Shown here one piece after another: positions 1-13,800 of a DNA stretch of 64,000 nt. A program made the position numbers and the translations under genes. This stretch comes from Podarcis melisellensis (taxonomy: Eukaryota): the NCBI GenBank assembly GCA_964234715.1, contig OZ174279.1; one strand, given 5' to 3'. Under the pieces are notes generated by a model, which searched no databases, was not told the DNA's origin, and saw nothing but the letters and a program-made list of their open reading frames with translations. How positions within the stretch are numbered: the stretch's first letter is position 1; each line of letters begins with the position of its first letter.

Positions 1-1748
1 ATTGCACTGACCTTTATGGGAACCTCTAGAGTAGCAATACTTTTTCAAGACCCTACACTTTTTGGGTAAGCTAGAATTTGCTGTCACCAGGATACCCCCT
101 TCACTCATTCCTGACTTTGTACTGTAAAAGTTGGGGAGATAAAGCCTTTTAGTTTAGGTTTTTGAGGCCCTGGGTGTGGTTTGCTTGAGGATGATCCCTG
201 CTACCCATCCCTCCTGCAGCTCCAATATTGAGAGGAAGTATGGGGCTTTTCATGCTCAAAAGAGGATAGCCTCACACTTGCCATGATGAGCAAACGTGTA
301 GAACCCTGTTCTACTTAACAGTTTTCTCAAGTGCAACACAAATGTTAAGTCACCATTCCATTCTGCAACTGAGATCTGGGAAAGAGAGCGATGGCCCACC
401 TACTGCAGTCACCTTGAGACTTGAGCTCTGCATAGCGTCAGATGAGACCTTGTCCTCACCATTGGGATAGTACCTGGAAGGGTTCTTTTCAGAAGCAGTA
501 TTTGCTGGCTAGCCAGATTTGTGGAACTCTTGAATGAGAACAAAGGAATATTTTTCCCTGTATGCTTTTATGTTGCTTATCAAAGTACATGATGTTTTGA
601 AAAAGGAATAGCGGAGCTGCTGAAGGATACATTCATTATCTTTCTTTGTCTCCCTTTTGCAAAGAACTAGTCTTGTGAGATGGCAATTAGAGTATATTTC
701 CCATTGATTATATAGAAAGTAACATGCTGGCCATGGGAAATTAGCAACCAACAGTTCTCATTGATTTGCAGTTTCATGAAGTTATGTATCCTGGTATCAC
801 AAAGACTACTAATAAAATACAGGTAAAATTACGTAGTCCTATATGAGCTACTCCCATACAATCATGTACTTACTGAGTATTAAGCTATATATATAGTCAG
901 CATTTGATTACAGCTTAGCATTGATCACACTGAGATTGACCCTGGAATGAAAAGTAAACCACCGAGTATTCTGTACTAATCACATAACACAAGGAGAATA
1001 CTATACCTAGTATGAAGAATACAGTTAGACTATTAAGGTAATGGATATGTTAGTGTCTCTTGTTTACTGTATCTTTGATGCCATATGTGTGTGCTGCATC
1101 CATCCATAAACAAAATGGCAGCTGTAAGAGTTTGTGTGAATCTTATAATCATAAATATAGTCTTCTTTTCTTACATAATCCAGAAGATGATGCATGTGCA
1201 AGTATAGACGTATAATAATGCATGTACGATATAGGCTTTTATGTTCCTGTGAGTTCCACCATTTTTACATTGTTTTCACTGCCATTGTTACCCGTAGCAT
1301 TTCTAAGTTGAGGTGCTCTAAGCATTTTGTCAATGACTAAGTTGTTCTGCCATAATTTGAAGAAAAATATTGTCTGCACCTGTTTCAGTCTGTGTTCAGG
1401 TTTTGTTTTGGGACAGAATCTGTCTTGGCCACTTTTATGGATGACCTTGAGGGAGTGCAGTTCTGCTACTTTTATTGGATCTTTCAGTAGATTCTGATAC
1501 CATTGACCATAGCATCCTTTTGGTCTAAGTGTGTGGGATGTGAGTGAGAGGCACTCTGTAGGAGCCAGTGTCCAGTTTGGGGGTATTCCTGGGTCATCTT
1601 TGTTTCTGGAAGCCCAAGTGGCAACAGTGACTGGAATTCCTTTTGTCAGCTTTGGCTGGTATGCTGGCTGCGACTGTTCCTGCACAGACATAGCCTTTCC
1701 ACAGTGACTTGTGCGTGGTAACTTTTTGATCTAACTACTGTAATGCCT

Positions 1749-2090
1749 AGGGACGCTGGTGGCACTGGGGTCTAAACCACAGAGCCTAGGGCTTGCCGAT
1801 CAGAAGGTCGGTGGTTCAAATCCCTGTGACGGAGTGAGCTCCCGATGCTTGGTCCCTGCTCCTGCCCACCTAGCAGTTCGAAAGCACGTCATAGTGCAAG
1901 TAGATAAATAGGTACCACTCCGGCAGGAAGGTAAACGGCGTTTCTGTGTGCGGCTCTGGTTTGCTAGAAGCAGCTTAGTCATGCTGGCCACATGACCCGG
2001 AAGCTGTACGCCGGCTTCCTCAGCCAGTAAAGTGAGATGAGCGCCGCAACCCCAGAGTTGTTTGTGACTGGACCTAACGGTCAGTTTGGG
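1749..2090 (+). mobile_element. Sauria SINE with 10-bp TSD
   Basis: tRNA-like head (GGTGGCACTGGGG...GGTTCAAATCC); typical body GCAAGTAGATAAATAGGTACC...GGCCACATGACCCGGAAG; TGTAATGCCT at 1739-1748 and 2091-2100. Confidence 0.9.
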
Positions 2091-2231
2091 TGTAATGCCT
2101 TCTATGTGAGGTGGCCCTTGAGGCTGGTTTGGAGACTGTGGCTGGTGCAACATGCGCTGACTGGGGTACCAACTGTGCACACATTATACTAGTTCTTAAA
2201 GAATTGCACCAGCTGCCAATAAGCTGGTTCA

Positions 2232-2403
2232 TGGAGCTGTAGCTCAGTGTTAGAGCATCTGCTTTACATGCAGAAGTCCCTGGTATCTTCTGGCAAGGCC
2301 AGGAATGATTCCCATCTGAAACCCTGAAAAGCCACTGCCAGTCAGTGTAGACAGTACTGAGCTAGATGGACCAATGAATCTCAGGCAGTATAAAGCAACT
2401 TTC
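2232..2403 (+). mobile_element. tRNA-derived SINE (degenerate)
   Basis: GTAGCTCAGTGTTAGAGCATCTGCTTTACATGCAGAAG head; CTGCCAGTCAGTGTAGACAGTACTGAGCTAGATGGACCAATG tail typical of squamate SINEs. Confidence 0.75.
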
Positions 2404-5400
2404 TGGTGCCACAACTAGTAGAGGTTCAACTGATGGGGAAGCATTTTCTGTAACAGCAGCCTTTCATGGAATACCCTGCCTTTTGACCTTAGGCAGGAGC
2501 TATTTTTAATGTTATTTCAGTGCCTTCTTTAAAACATATTTATTTAACCAGGCTTTTGCTTCTGTTTAATTCCCATTTGGTTCTTTTCATTCTGCCTGAC
2601 TTGCAGCTGGATTTGGTTATCATACTGTTGTATTGTGTTTTTAAATGTGTACACCACTCACCACCTCAAGACCTTGGTGTACACGTTTAAAAACACCAAT
2701 TTAGGAGAATTCCTCCTAAACTGTAGCAATTCATATTACAGGCTGTGATCACATTCTTAAATCACTGCCATGTCAAAGTCCTCCCTTCCTTGCTGAAAAC
2801 TGCACATTGGAGAGAGAATAGGATTAGGATAAAATTTCCTTCCTTGTGTGTAGTCTAAAATGGCACTTTGTTAAGATATTGCTGACTTTGTAGAATGGAT
2901 CTCACTGTGCAGTCCCATGTATGCTTACTCCAAAGTAGGCCCCACTAAATTCATTGCGGCTTACTCTCAGGGAAGCATATAGGATTGCAGCTTTAGTTTC
3001 TATAGGGTGCAAAGTGATGTCTTCTTCTAGAATTGTCCACTAATATATTTCCCTGAGGGTATTGCTGGGCACAGTGTCATTGAGTCACATGACTTCTTGT
3101 ATGTGTCCCTGACATCAGGCCTAGTATTGGATTCCCACCCCCCTCATTTTGTTGATTGTGTTTTACTATATTCACAGTCCTTATCCTTTGACCCTCTAAC
3201 AGCATGCCTGGTGGACTGACTTTTCAGTGGGTGTGATGAGAAGGACAATAGTTACTGCTGTATAAGGCTCTGATTTACAAAGGTGATCGATTTAACTTAA
3301 TATACCTGTTCAGATGGGGATATCTATCTATGGACTAATACTGTATTGTCTTCTGCATGCCTCCAAAAGCCTGAATTTGTAAAAGTATTGCTAGCCCTCT
3401 TTTTGTGCTGTGTTAAATGATAATACAGTGTTTGGCAAAACTGTAAGGAAAGAATATATGATGACTGTGCTTAGTAACATGCAAGGTTACTGTTATAATT
3501 GTCAGAAACCCTACTTATGCTTAAGTGAGAGTCCAAATGGCTTATTGCATATAGGTGCCTGATATTATTTTGTTTATGGGGAGGTTCTTTTTTTAGCAAT
3601 CTGACAGGTGTACAGCTTTTGCTGTTATGAAGCTTACATCTTTGATGACTGAATCTGTTTTGAGGCAAGTACAAATCTATTTGTGTCATGCTTACTCATC
3701 ATCAAAGCTGTATGTCAAAAGAACAACTTGCAAAAGTTGGTAGGAAGGAATCCTGAAAAGACATTCTGAATTTGAGGACGACAAACCCATTTTATGATCT
3801 AAAAATTACCATGTACTGGAACATATGACTGGCTAGTTTTCCCTCTCAACTTTAAATTATTACTGTTTGCACATAATTATAATCTAGACTTGCTGGTTTA
3901 TTGGGAATGAGAAGTGATAACTCCCACTGCACTCCTCCACAGCACAAACAGGATAAACAAACCAGGAAGCATTGATTTCCCATTATGTCTGTACCAGGGA
4001 TTATGACTTGTTGCTCCCTAACAAGCCAGAATTGCTATCCAACCTGAAGCCATAGTTTTGTTATTGGATTGCTGATTGTGACTTACAAGGGAGGAACAAG
4101 CCACAATCCTTGGTTTGCATATAGTGGGAAACCAATGGCACTTTTATTTATCATGTTTGAGCCAAGGTAGAGGAGTGCAGTGTGAGAAATCTGGCAGTGT
4201 ACACATCACAGACAGAGAATCTGGCATATTGTTGCATCTGAAAGTGGCCTGTGATTGTCTCACAGTTCCTGGGGCATGGAGTTGTACAATAGCCCTCTTA
4301 AGAGAAAATGACCTTGCACCCACTTTGGATATTGAAGATAGAATATTGAAGATGCTTAAATCTTAACAGTGAAGGCAACCTCACTTGGTGCTTACATGCA
4401 TCTAGGAATGATATTAATTTATAGCATGGTATCCTAAAACTTTGTCAACACTATCTTCTGTTCCCAGTATTCCCCCCCCAAAAATAGCTTGAAATAATTG
4501 TTTTCAAATACATGTTTGTTGCTCTAATTTATATATTTTAACTTCCAAGTACAGTGTCTTGAATTATTTCAGAGACTTACTTTTACAGGATGATAAACTG
4601 TAGTAGAAAGTTAACTGCTGTGTATTCAAATATGGGAATGCCTTAAAATGTGGAGCACAAGTTTGGGGAAGGCTGATTTCAAAAAAGCCTGTGGAGGGAA
4701 TGTAGAGAATGGATAGATTCCCTCCTCCTACAATATTATAACTTGATCAGCCATGAAAATGATTTGATTATCTGTCCAGGATAAGCAACAGGACCTTATT
4801 CATACACAGAATAATTAACTTAGGAACTTGCTGCCACAAGATAAGGAACTTGCAGCTGGATTAAATGACTATACAAATTCATGGAGGATAGGACCAAGCC
4901 ATACTACAATAAAGTAGCCACCATCTACCAGGATAGAAGAGTTATGTTGCTTCCAGATACATTGTGGTGTTCCACACATGTGTCAGCAGCATGCCAAGTT
5001 GGCGCCAGAGCATACCTCATCACCTGCGCCGGAGACATCTTGTCAAGAGGTTTTGCTAGTCAAACCACTCTTAACATGCACACTGATCCTAAGGACAGTA
5101 CTGAAAGCTAGGCCAGCGGCCTCCTCAGAAGCACCCTTGTCTTCTCCTGGAAAAGTTGTTCTTTCTTAGACTAAGGAGGGCCTTCCCCACTCATCACCAT
5201 AGGTGCCTAAAGTTCTTATGATGATCTGTGCCTTGAAATTACGCTGCAGGCCTCCGTGATGCATGTCTAGGAATGAGGGAAGGAAGGAAGGAAAGCATTT
5301 GAACTGTGTTTAGTTGAGGCTGTGCTGAGAGTAGCCCAAAGATCTCAGAAGAGGAGATCATTCATGTTTCCTGGCTCCTTTCTGCAGCTGGCCAATGGTA

Positions 5401-7793
5401 AGAGGCCTATTCCAGTCCTTGGCAGCGGATAAGGCATTCAAGTTAACACCTCGACATTCACAGGAGAGTCAAGGGGTGGAGGAGGAAGCAAAGGCATGTT
5501 AGGTCCAACAAACCACAGTATCTTTGTTCTTATGCCAACTTGGTACTGGCTAGTTAAATTGTGGCTCAGTGTTGAGTCTGAGTGCAACTATAACGTTGAA
5601 GTGACTTGCGGCTTTGTTGTCCAGATCATTCTAATAGGTGGCAAAGTGCCAAGCCCTCCTTTGTTCCATTTCTTTGTTTCTGAGCAAACCTAGCAATATC
5701 AACAGATCTATTCAAATTGTTTATAAATACAATAGGAATTCAGGGTAGCAAAGTGGCTGGTACCAGAAACATTTCCCAAATGGTGCTTAAACTGACAGTG
5801 TCTCTAGACAAAAGAGCATCAGCTTGGTCTGCACTCTTCACTCTTTAAACAATAACTTTTAATCTTATTGTGAAATTGTTTTTCTTGGAATAGAACATTT
5901 CCCTATAGAATATTTCTTTGAAATAAAGTTTAAAAATACATTTATTCTGAGTAGCAGTTTTACAAAAACCTTTGTCCGAACATCAACTTTAGTTTGTGTG
6001 CTTTCATTTTAAACCTAAACAGCACTGTTGGTTGTTCCTAAAGCCTTGATGGAATAATCCATTAAGAATAGATATTTTTACATTCTTTTCTTTCCTTGAA
6101 ATCATAATTATTTGTGCCAGAATAACTAATTTCCAACCAGGGAGTTGCAGAAGTTTTATCCGTTCTGATCCATCAAACTAGATATGAGCAGAAAGAAAAG
6201 AGAAAGAAAGAAAGTACAGCAGCAAGATCATATACTCTCATCAGAACTGGCATTACTGCCTCTGCAGTATTTGTTCTTCCTAGCTGGTTAACTTACTGTT
6301 AAAAGGATATACTGTATGTAGCATGGGTGGTAGATAGCATTCTTTTGTTGGGGGAGCTGCATACAGGATGTGGACAGAGATAGAGCCAACGGTGGGCAGA
6401 GCAGAGATAAACATGTTCTGGATTTATTAATATGGAACAAGGACCACTCTTGTTTCAATTTTCACCATGACTACATTGGAACATTGGATTATAATTCCTA
6501 AATCCTATGCTTTTTGGAAAAACATCATATATACATCTAAGGGTGGCACTCCATCAACACAAAGATGCACAATAGAATTTCCCCTACCTCTCCCCTCCCT
6601 GTATATCCCCTAAATTGGTTCTGGGGGTTCCTTACAACCCTCTGGAGGAGATTTAAGGAAGGCATATGGAGAGAGAGGGGAAGAAGTTCTGGTGTGCATG
6701 GGGCAAAGTGCATGTGGCCTCATATTCCATACATAGTTTATTCCCTCACACATATCTGCTGAACTCCTGAATAGGTGGTCTTGGAAAAAATGATACTAAC
6801 AGTACAAGTGGTCCTGGTGAGTAAGAATGTTAAGCACTCCAGAGATTGAACTGTAAATTCCATAGGCTGAGGTTGGGAGTTGGCCTAGTGTGCTATTTTG
6901 GAGTGTGGTTGTTCTGGTCTCAGGCATAGAAGCAATAGGGGAATGCAGTGTTGGCCCTTTCAATGGCTACTTCTAAATTCCTTAAACTTCTTTCTTACAG
7001 GAGAGTGAGAGCGCTCTTGCCAAGTTTTCTTCAACTTGTTGACAGCATGAGTAGTATGTGAATAGAGTGGCATTCATACTTTAAGGGTGTGTCATCTATC
7101 CTCTGATTATGAACTCTAAATGAGTCATGTTTGTACAATTAAGTTATTGCAGAGAGCTATTTTCCAGTTATATAAACTGGAATGAACTTTGTAAAATTGT
7201 TTTTAACTCCTTGCTTAAAATAAAACTTGAAGAAAGCTTTTGGGCCTCTACAAGTAGGAATTCGGGTCTTGGAAGGTCACCCACCCTGATATTTCTTGCT
7301 GACTACAGCAAATAGGGCAGGATAGGAGGTAGGAGGTGGTAGGAGGCTTTTTCTAGTATATCTGCCTAGTCCTCACCTGGGGTATGAAGTGGGAGCAGTA
7401 GAACAGAAAACTGAGATGTTGGCTACAACCACTGGCTTGGGTTGCCTTGTAATTGGCACAGTAAACCTGACATTTAAAGATGAATTCTTTCTTTATGTCC
7501 CGGGAGGCCAGCTTTAAAAATGAATATGGTATCAGAATAATGGAACCTTCACATATTCCAGTGGGAACCTGTTGAATCCGTAGAGAGCGACCCATTTACA
7601 AAGTTATTAGCTAGCAAAATATGTGTTGAGATAACGTACTATAGGAATGAGCAACTAGAGGTCCTGCTGCCAAATCCATCCCTTGGAGAGGTAGGATCAA
7701 AACAAACAAACAAACAAATAATCAGACTTGATTTTAAATTGCTTACCACAGATTCTGATTTGCATTTTTGTTTGTCTAAAATTTCTCCCACAG

Positions 7794-7874
7794 CTACTGA
7801 CCTGCTTTTGGCTTGGAATCCGATTTGTCTGGGCTTGATTGAGGGACTTATTGGAAAAGTTCAGCTTCACACAG
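7794..7874 (+). CDS. INPP5F: INPP5F exon 2
   Basis: cag|CTACTGAC...ACAG|gtatga; TDLLLAWNPICLGLIEGLIGKVQLHT. Confidence 0.95.
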
Positions 7875-10800
7875 GTATGAATAGTAAAATTCTTTATCTT
7901 ACCAGATTGATGGTTAACGTTAAAATTGCTATGCCCTTTTGTGCTTGTAACTCCCCTGACAAGGCTTTGCTACCTATAATTGATAAAACTAAAGTGGGCT
8001 TTGTCAGCGCCTCTCAGACTGATTTTTCTGACACTTTCATTTGTTTCAAGTCAGTGTCTGAATTGCAACACATAAATAACTGGCTCTATTTACATATACA
8101 GTGGTTCATGTATATTTTGTTGTGTTTTCTTGACCTGAGGAAAAGGTAATTGGGAGAAGGGGGAGGTGAAGAATCAGCATCTTCCTGTAAATAGAATTTC
8201 ATGAGGATACAGAGGTAAGTAAAATGTGATGCTTTAGTTCAGCTTGAGCATTATTCGCAAATATAAATGCAAAGTTCTTGTAGATATCAGTTTAATTTTG
8301 GATTGTAAATAAAGGTGACTAATGATTTCCTACAAATGACAGGGATATAAAAATGTTCAGTGGAAGATGCAGTTTTCCGGAGCATTGATTACTAACATTT
8401 TTTTAGGCTGGCTTTCTCATCTAGTTTCCTCAAACACCATCTGCTTCATGTTGATATAAGAAAACCTAGACGAGCTTGATTCTATTAATGGAATAGTATT
8501 GGAAATCCTGCCAAAGAAACAGCTTTCACACATTGAATATTTCAAAAGTGAGGTCAGCATGCTTCAGAGTCTTATTTGCTTCTGCTCTAGAGTTGTTTAG
8601 CTGACCTTTAAATAATAAATATTGTTAACAAGCGGTATTTGTGAATTGATCTTTTGTAATTGTTAGAAATGGATTAAAAACCAATAGTTGCCACAAAACA
8701 CTAAATTCGTGGTTAACAACAAGAAAAACCCACACATCTGATTTTCATATATGCTTGAAAAAACTTCCTTTAATACTAGATTTTATTTTAAAATAGAACC
8801 AGTGGTCTTACCAACATGGAACACAGATAGCTATGAGTGACCCCTATGCTCTTGCTGTGTACTCTTCAGATTTGACTTTAATATGGGCTCAACAAGACCC
8901 TACAGATTCCATTCTGTGGACAGCCTGTGATTTATTACACACAAGAAAGAAGAGATTTCACAGAGGGGAAAAGAGGTTCACTCTTTTTTCAGTGATGCCC
9001 TCAAAGTTCTTTTAAGGCTCTATAGATTAAAAGAGAACAGTTATGTAACACAATAGTACAACTGGTTAGAAGGAATCTCTCTTCTGAAATGATCAGATTA
9101 TTTGTGGAGTCATTCTACACATTGTACAGAATTCATGTGATCTGTACTACTAGAGGTTGGGGAAATGATATTTCTTAACACTTCCACTAATAAAAAGAGT
9201 GATTTAGTGTAGTTGAGTTCTTGATGCAAGGAGTGCTTATGTGATGGAAATTTGTTTAAGACTATCAGCAGTCTTAAACAGAGAAGACCAGAATTGTGTG
9301 CAGTATCTAGAATGACACTAATTTATTATGATGCCACTGCACTAGCTATTGTCCTTCAACTTTGGATCCCTACCTAGAGGTTGTTGGACTTCATCTCCCA
9401 TAATCCCTGGCCGTTGGCTAACCTTTGGGGGATGATGGGAGTTGTAGTCCGAACAACATCTGATGAGCTAACATTGAGGAACCCTGAGGCTAAATTTTTT
9501 TTACAAATTTAGTCTTGAGCTTTCATTCCTGTAGTTTGTGTTTGTTATTTCTCAGTTTTTAAAATCCGAGAAATGCCATTTGCTTCCATTCCAATGATCT
9601 CTAGGAGTCTAGGTACTAGTAATGACAACTGACATTGGTTGTTCAGATTTGTTTGTGATGTATGTATGTTCATTTCTGATCTCTTCAGTGTAGCTACAGA
9701 GAGACTGTATAAAGTGATTTTCTGCTATTCGCAATGCATCTTGGATGAAGCCTCTGTTTTCTGTGAATGCTAAGCATATCTATTAAGCACAGAATTTAGA
9801 GGATTAGGCTGTTGGCAATGAAGAAACCAGAGCTATTGGTAGATATCTAGCTTTCCCTGGGTTAAATGTAGTATCTGATTAAAATTTTATAAGAAGGCTC
9901 TGTGTGATGTGTCCCAAGTTAACAAGAACACTGCATCACCATTCCCTTGAAAGCCAACTAGCAGTTATTGATTCTTTGAGGAGCTGAGCTGGAAACATTG
10001 CTTTATTTCCTTGCATTGTGGAGCTCTCTGGTAATGTTGTCATGGACAAGTTGTAGAGCTTTGATACCATGGTTGATTCATTGATTAAGAGCACAGGCCT
10101 TGAATAAATAAAAAGGCAACTTGGCAGCCTGGAAATGTGTTCTGTTTCCAGAACACTGAATACATTTTAATGGCTTTCATATTCATGGGTGCTTATTAGT
10201 AACTACATTAGTTCTGCAATTTTGCATGTTCTTTTATAACACTTGCGGGCCCTTTCTAAAAATAGCTGTGAATATATATATATTTTTAATAGTTGACCAT
10301 AGTTCTGCAGGCAGGTATGCATGTTCTTTTAGAACAATTGCTGGTCCTTTCTAAAAATAGCTGTGAATATAATTTTAAAAATAGTTGACCATGACCCAAT
10401 TAAATACTAATGTGTACCTTGAGGCAAAGGAGCAAGTGAATACACTTAGCATTTTCCGTAGAGAGAATATCTTTATATTCTATGATCACAAAATGGAAAA
10501 TCTATTAATTTTATTGCAGATATACTGACATTTTGCTTTTTCAAAGCAAATATGAGCTATCGCTTATTTTTGTATATGCTGAGGGTATCATTAGAGAAGA
10601 AGGGAGGAAGAGAGCATACTAGGATTGCAGGGATGACAAACTGTGTATTTTTAGGACCATACAGGAAAGCATGATTTCTCTTGGGCTCTGCAAATCTGTT
10701 GGGGGTTTCTCTCAAACCACTGGAACATTTTTAAGGGGGTACCTGGGGAGGGGAGAGGAATGGGAAGTTCAGTTGCTCAGACCAGAGTGTCTGCTCTGTG

Positions 10801-13800
10801 TATAAATTAGTTGGATTCAACCATGATTCATGTTTGTCATTCTTTGGGAAGATTCTCCTAAAAAGGATGTTTGTTTTCTTTCTCAAAAAACAAATCAGTA
10901 AATAATGTACTTCCTCCTTTCTGGCAAGGCAGGAAAAGGCTGAGGTGCATCCTTTGTATCAATTTTTTGGAGTAGCATCACCACTTCCTCCTTTAAGACC
11001 ACCTAGTTCTGGGCATGGAAGAAACTCCAGGCAGGGACATTCATGATGTCCCAGCTTCCCTCTTCAGATGTACAGGGAAAATCTTGAGGCTACCAACTGT
11101 GTATGTTTCCTGTTAGCTAATATAGGGAATGTTTAGTGGGGGCAGCAGGGAGAGTCAGGTCTTTCATCTTGTGCTTTGATAGCATCCGTGTTTTCCGAGA
11201 GCGACAAATAAAATACATAATGCAATAGTTAACATTGCTTTTGAGCAGGGTATGTAAACAATTGCTGTGTTAGTAAGAGCTTGCCTCATCTCGCCCAGCA
11301 TGAGAACTGACTTGCAAGCTTTAATTGTTGACTCCTGCCACTGAAAGACGTGGCTACGCTTTGGCTGTTGCTGAAAGGAAAAAGGAACACTCAGTTTGTT
11401 GGAATTATTATAGACTTGTCTACAAGAGATTATAATTCTACAAGCTGTATATTGCTATATATTGAGGGAGGGAAAGTCCAGTTCTTTTATCATAATTTTC
11501 ACATTGAAGAATGTGAAACTGTAAATAATGGGGTTGGAGGGGTTGAGTAATAAAGGGTTCAATTTGAAAATTGATTACAGTAGCCCTGAAAAGGAACCTT
11601 CCTTTTAAAATAAACATTGCAGAAAGTTGTTGGCTTGTAAATGAATGCAACAAATGTTGCTTCTGCTGCTCATACGCAGTCTGGTTTAAAGAATCTAATT
11701 TCACCTTGCATTAATCTTAGTGTAGCACATGAAATGGGGGGGGGGGGTGGCACACTTTGAATGAAATTTCCCTGTTTGTGTATGCTGCGGAATAAGTTGT
11801 CATACCATCTTAAAGCTAGAAACGGGTGATTGACAACCAGAGTCATACTCCCTTACAGACTTAACGGATCTGTGAACTCATTAAGGCTAGAATAAATGGG
11901 AATGGCACATATGGAGACATTGTAGTTTTTGGTTTGCTCATTAGTTGCTCTGTGCTTAGCGGCAATTGACCTGAAATATTTGACTAAGATTTGACGGCTG
12001 AAAATTTTATAGAATTGTAGAGTTGGAAGTGACCATGATAATCATCTTGTCCAGCCCCCCTGCAGTGCAATGTAGGAATGTAGACTCGAAGTAATGACCC
12101 AGAGATTAATGACCCAGAGAGTCTCATACTCTACTGACTGAGCTGTTATAGATGTAGGAATTCAAAATTAAAAAGTGATCAAGACTGTAACGTCAGATAT
12201 TTTAATAGTCTTGCCTGTCTTAGCCATCAAGTCCATATTTCACTGGAATATTTATGACAAGCAGAAGCACTTGAACCTACATGGAATCCTATTTAAGAGA
12301 ACTCTCTTCTTGCTGTTCAGACATTCATTTTAATCTATCCAGGTTGCAGGTTTAATCCCTGTATGGCATGGCTGCCTATTCATGCATTGCAAAGGGTTGG
12401 ACTACCGGTAGATGTTTCTCAGGTTCTCTTCCAACTCTACAGTTCTGTGTTGCATGATTACTATCACAATGAAGGATGGCTTAGAAGTACTTGTATGTGG
12501 TCTTTAGAACACTTTTACAGATTATTGAGTTCAGTCGTTGAGACAGAGTTCTGAATGCATTTATGCCACTGAACTTCAGTTCCTGTTTGCCTTGGTGCTT
12601 CCCAGGACAGAATGCTGCTTGCTTCTTGTGGCTGTGATCTGTATATATTTGATTCTATTAAAATGAGGGCTGCCAACAGACCAGGAAAAGAGTTGCTAGG
12701 CTAGTTTTGTTTACTTCCTGGGCATTGTTAGTGATGAGAGAGAGAAAGCGAGAGAACTGTTGTCTCCCATCCTTCTAATTCATTTAAAAATGATTCTCCC
12801 CTCATCCAACTGTGTCTTAAAAGCATGCTGTGAGGATACTAGGCCCAGCAGCAAAAATTGGTTTGAGCACCAGCTGTGAAAATTTAAAACGACTGTTGCC
12901 AGGGACTAGAGACAGGGGTGTCTGTTGCTGTGCTGGCCTGTACACACCACACACAGGAGGTGGTGGTTGAGTGCTGCATAGTCAGCAAAAGCCACAGCAG
13001 GCTAAAGTGTGAACAATGACCTGGGTATTATCTGGAGGTGTCGGTCTTTACGTTTTTATTTTTAGCTGCTGGTTTGTGGGTAGAAGGAGTCTTTGTTTCG
13101 TTTTGTTATCGTGTTGCAAATGTTTTCTATCATAGTTTTGGGAGCCTGTTTCCCCACAATGTATTGTATGATACCATATAATCCCCCTTTCCTGTGGTAT
13201 CATGTATTTATGTATACATATTTTTTAAATGTCAGTATTTGGAGACCCTTTGGTTCTTAAAATTAAAAACCAATTCTATGTTTCCATTCTCTTGAGGTTT
13301 GTACTGCTGCTTCTTTAATCTTGGTTTTGCAGAAATGGCAGGCAGGGTGTTCCTGATGGGCAGAATAGCACACCAAAGTTTCTATGCTATCTCTAAAGTG
13401 TCTTATGGAGGCTATGGTTATATAATGTCCCTAGAGAATAGCTTGCACTGAAGGTTTTCATCACAGATTTTGCTGTTAAAGCATTACTTTCTTTGTGACA
13501 CCTTTTTAGTGTTCAAGCAGTTCTGTTTCAAATTGATGGAAGCTGTTTCACCCTGCTGAAAATCTGAATGTGTAACCTTACAATCTCCCCCCTCCTTTAG
13601 AAGGAACCAAGAAACCTTCTGTTTCAGATTTGTTTTTGCAGACAAAATGCATTTTATTATTAGCAAAGGAAGCCTTTGTATCATGACACACAATTCTAGA
13701 AAATTGCATGACTATTCTTTAGTTAGTAAAAACACAAGCAGTTTCTATTTTGTTACTAATCTTATTACAGTATTCTATAGTTTTGTCAGCAAGAAATCTT

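Noticed and set aside
509-1691. Minus-strand ORFs of 80 and 150 aa
   Set aside because: No recognisable homology or exon structure; they lie in INPP5F intron 1 and are probably chance ORFs.
8201-8220. ATG...GAG|gtaagt strong donor in intron 2
   Set aside because: The ATG is out of frame with exon 3, and there is no supporting acceptor or promoter.
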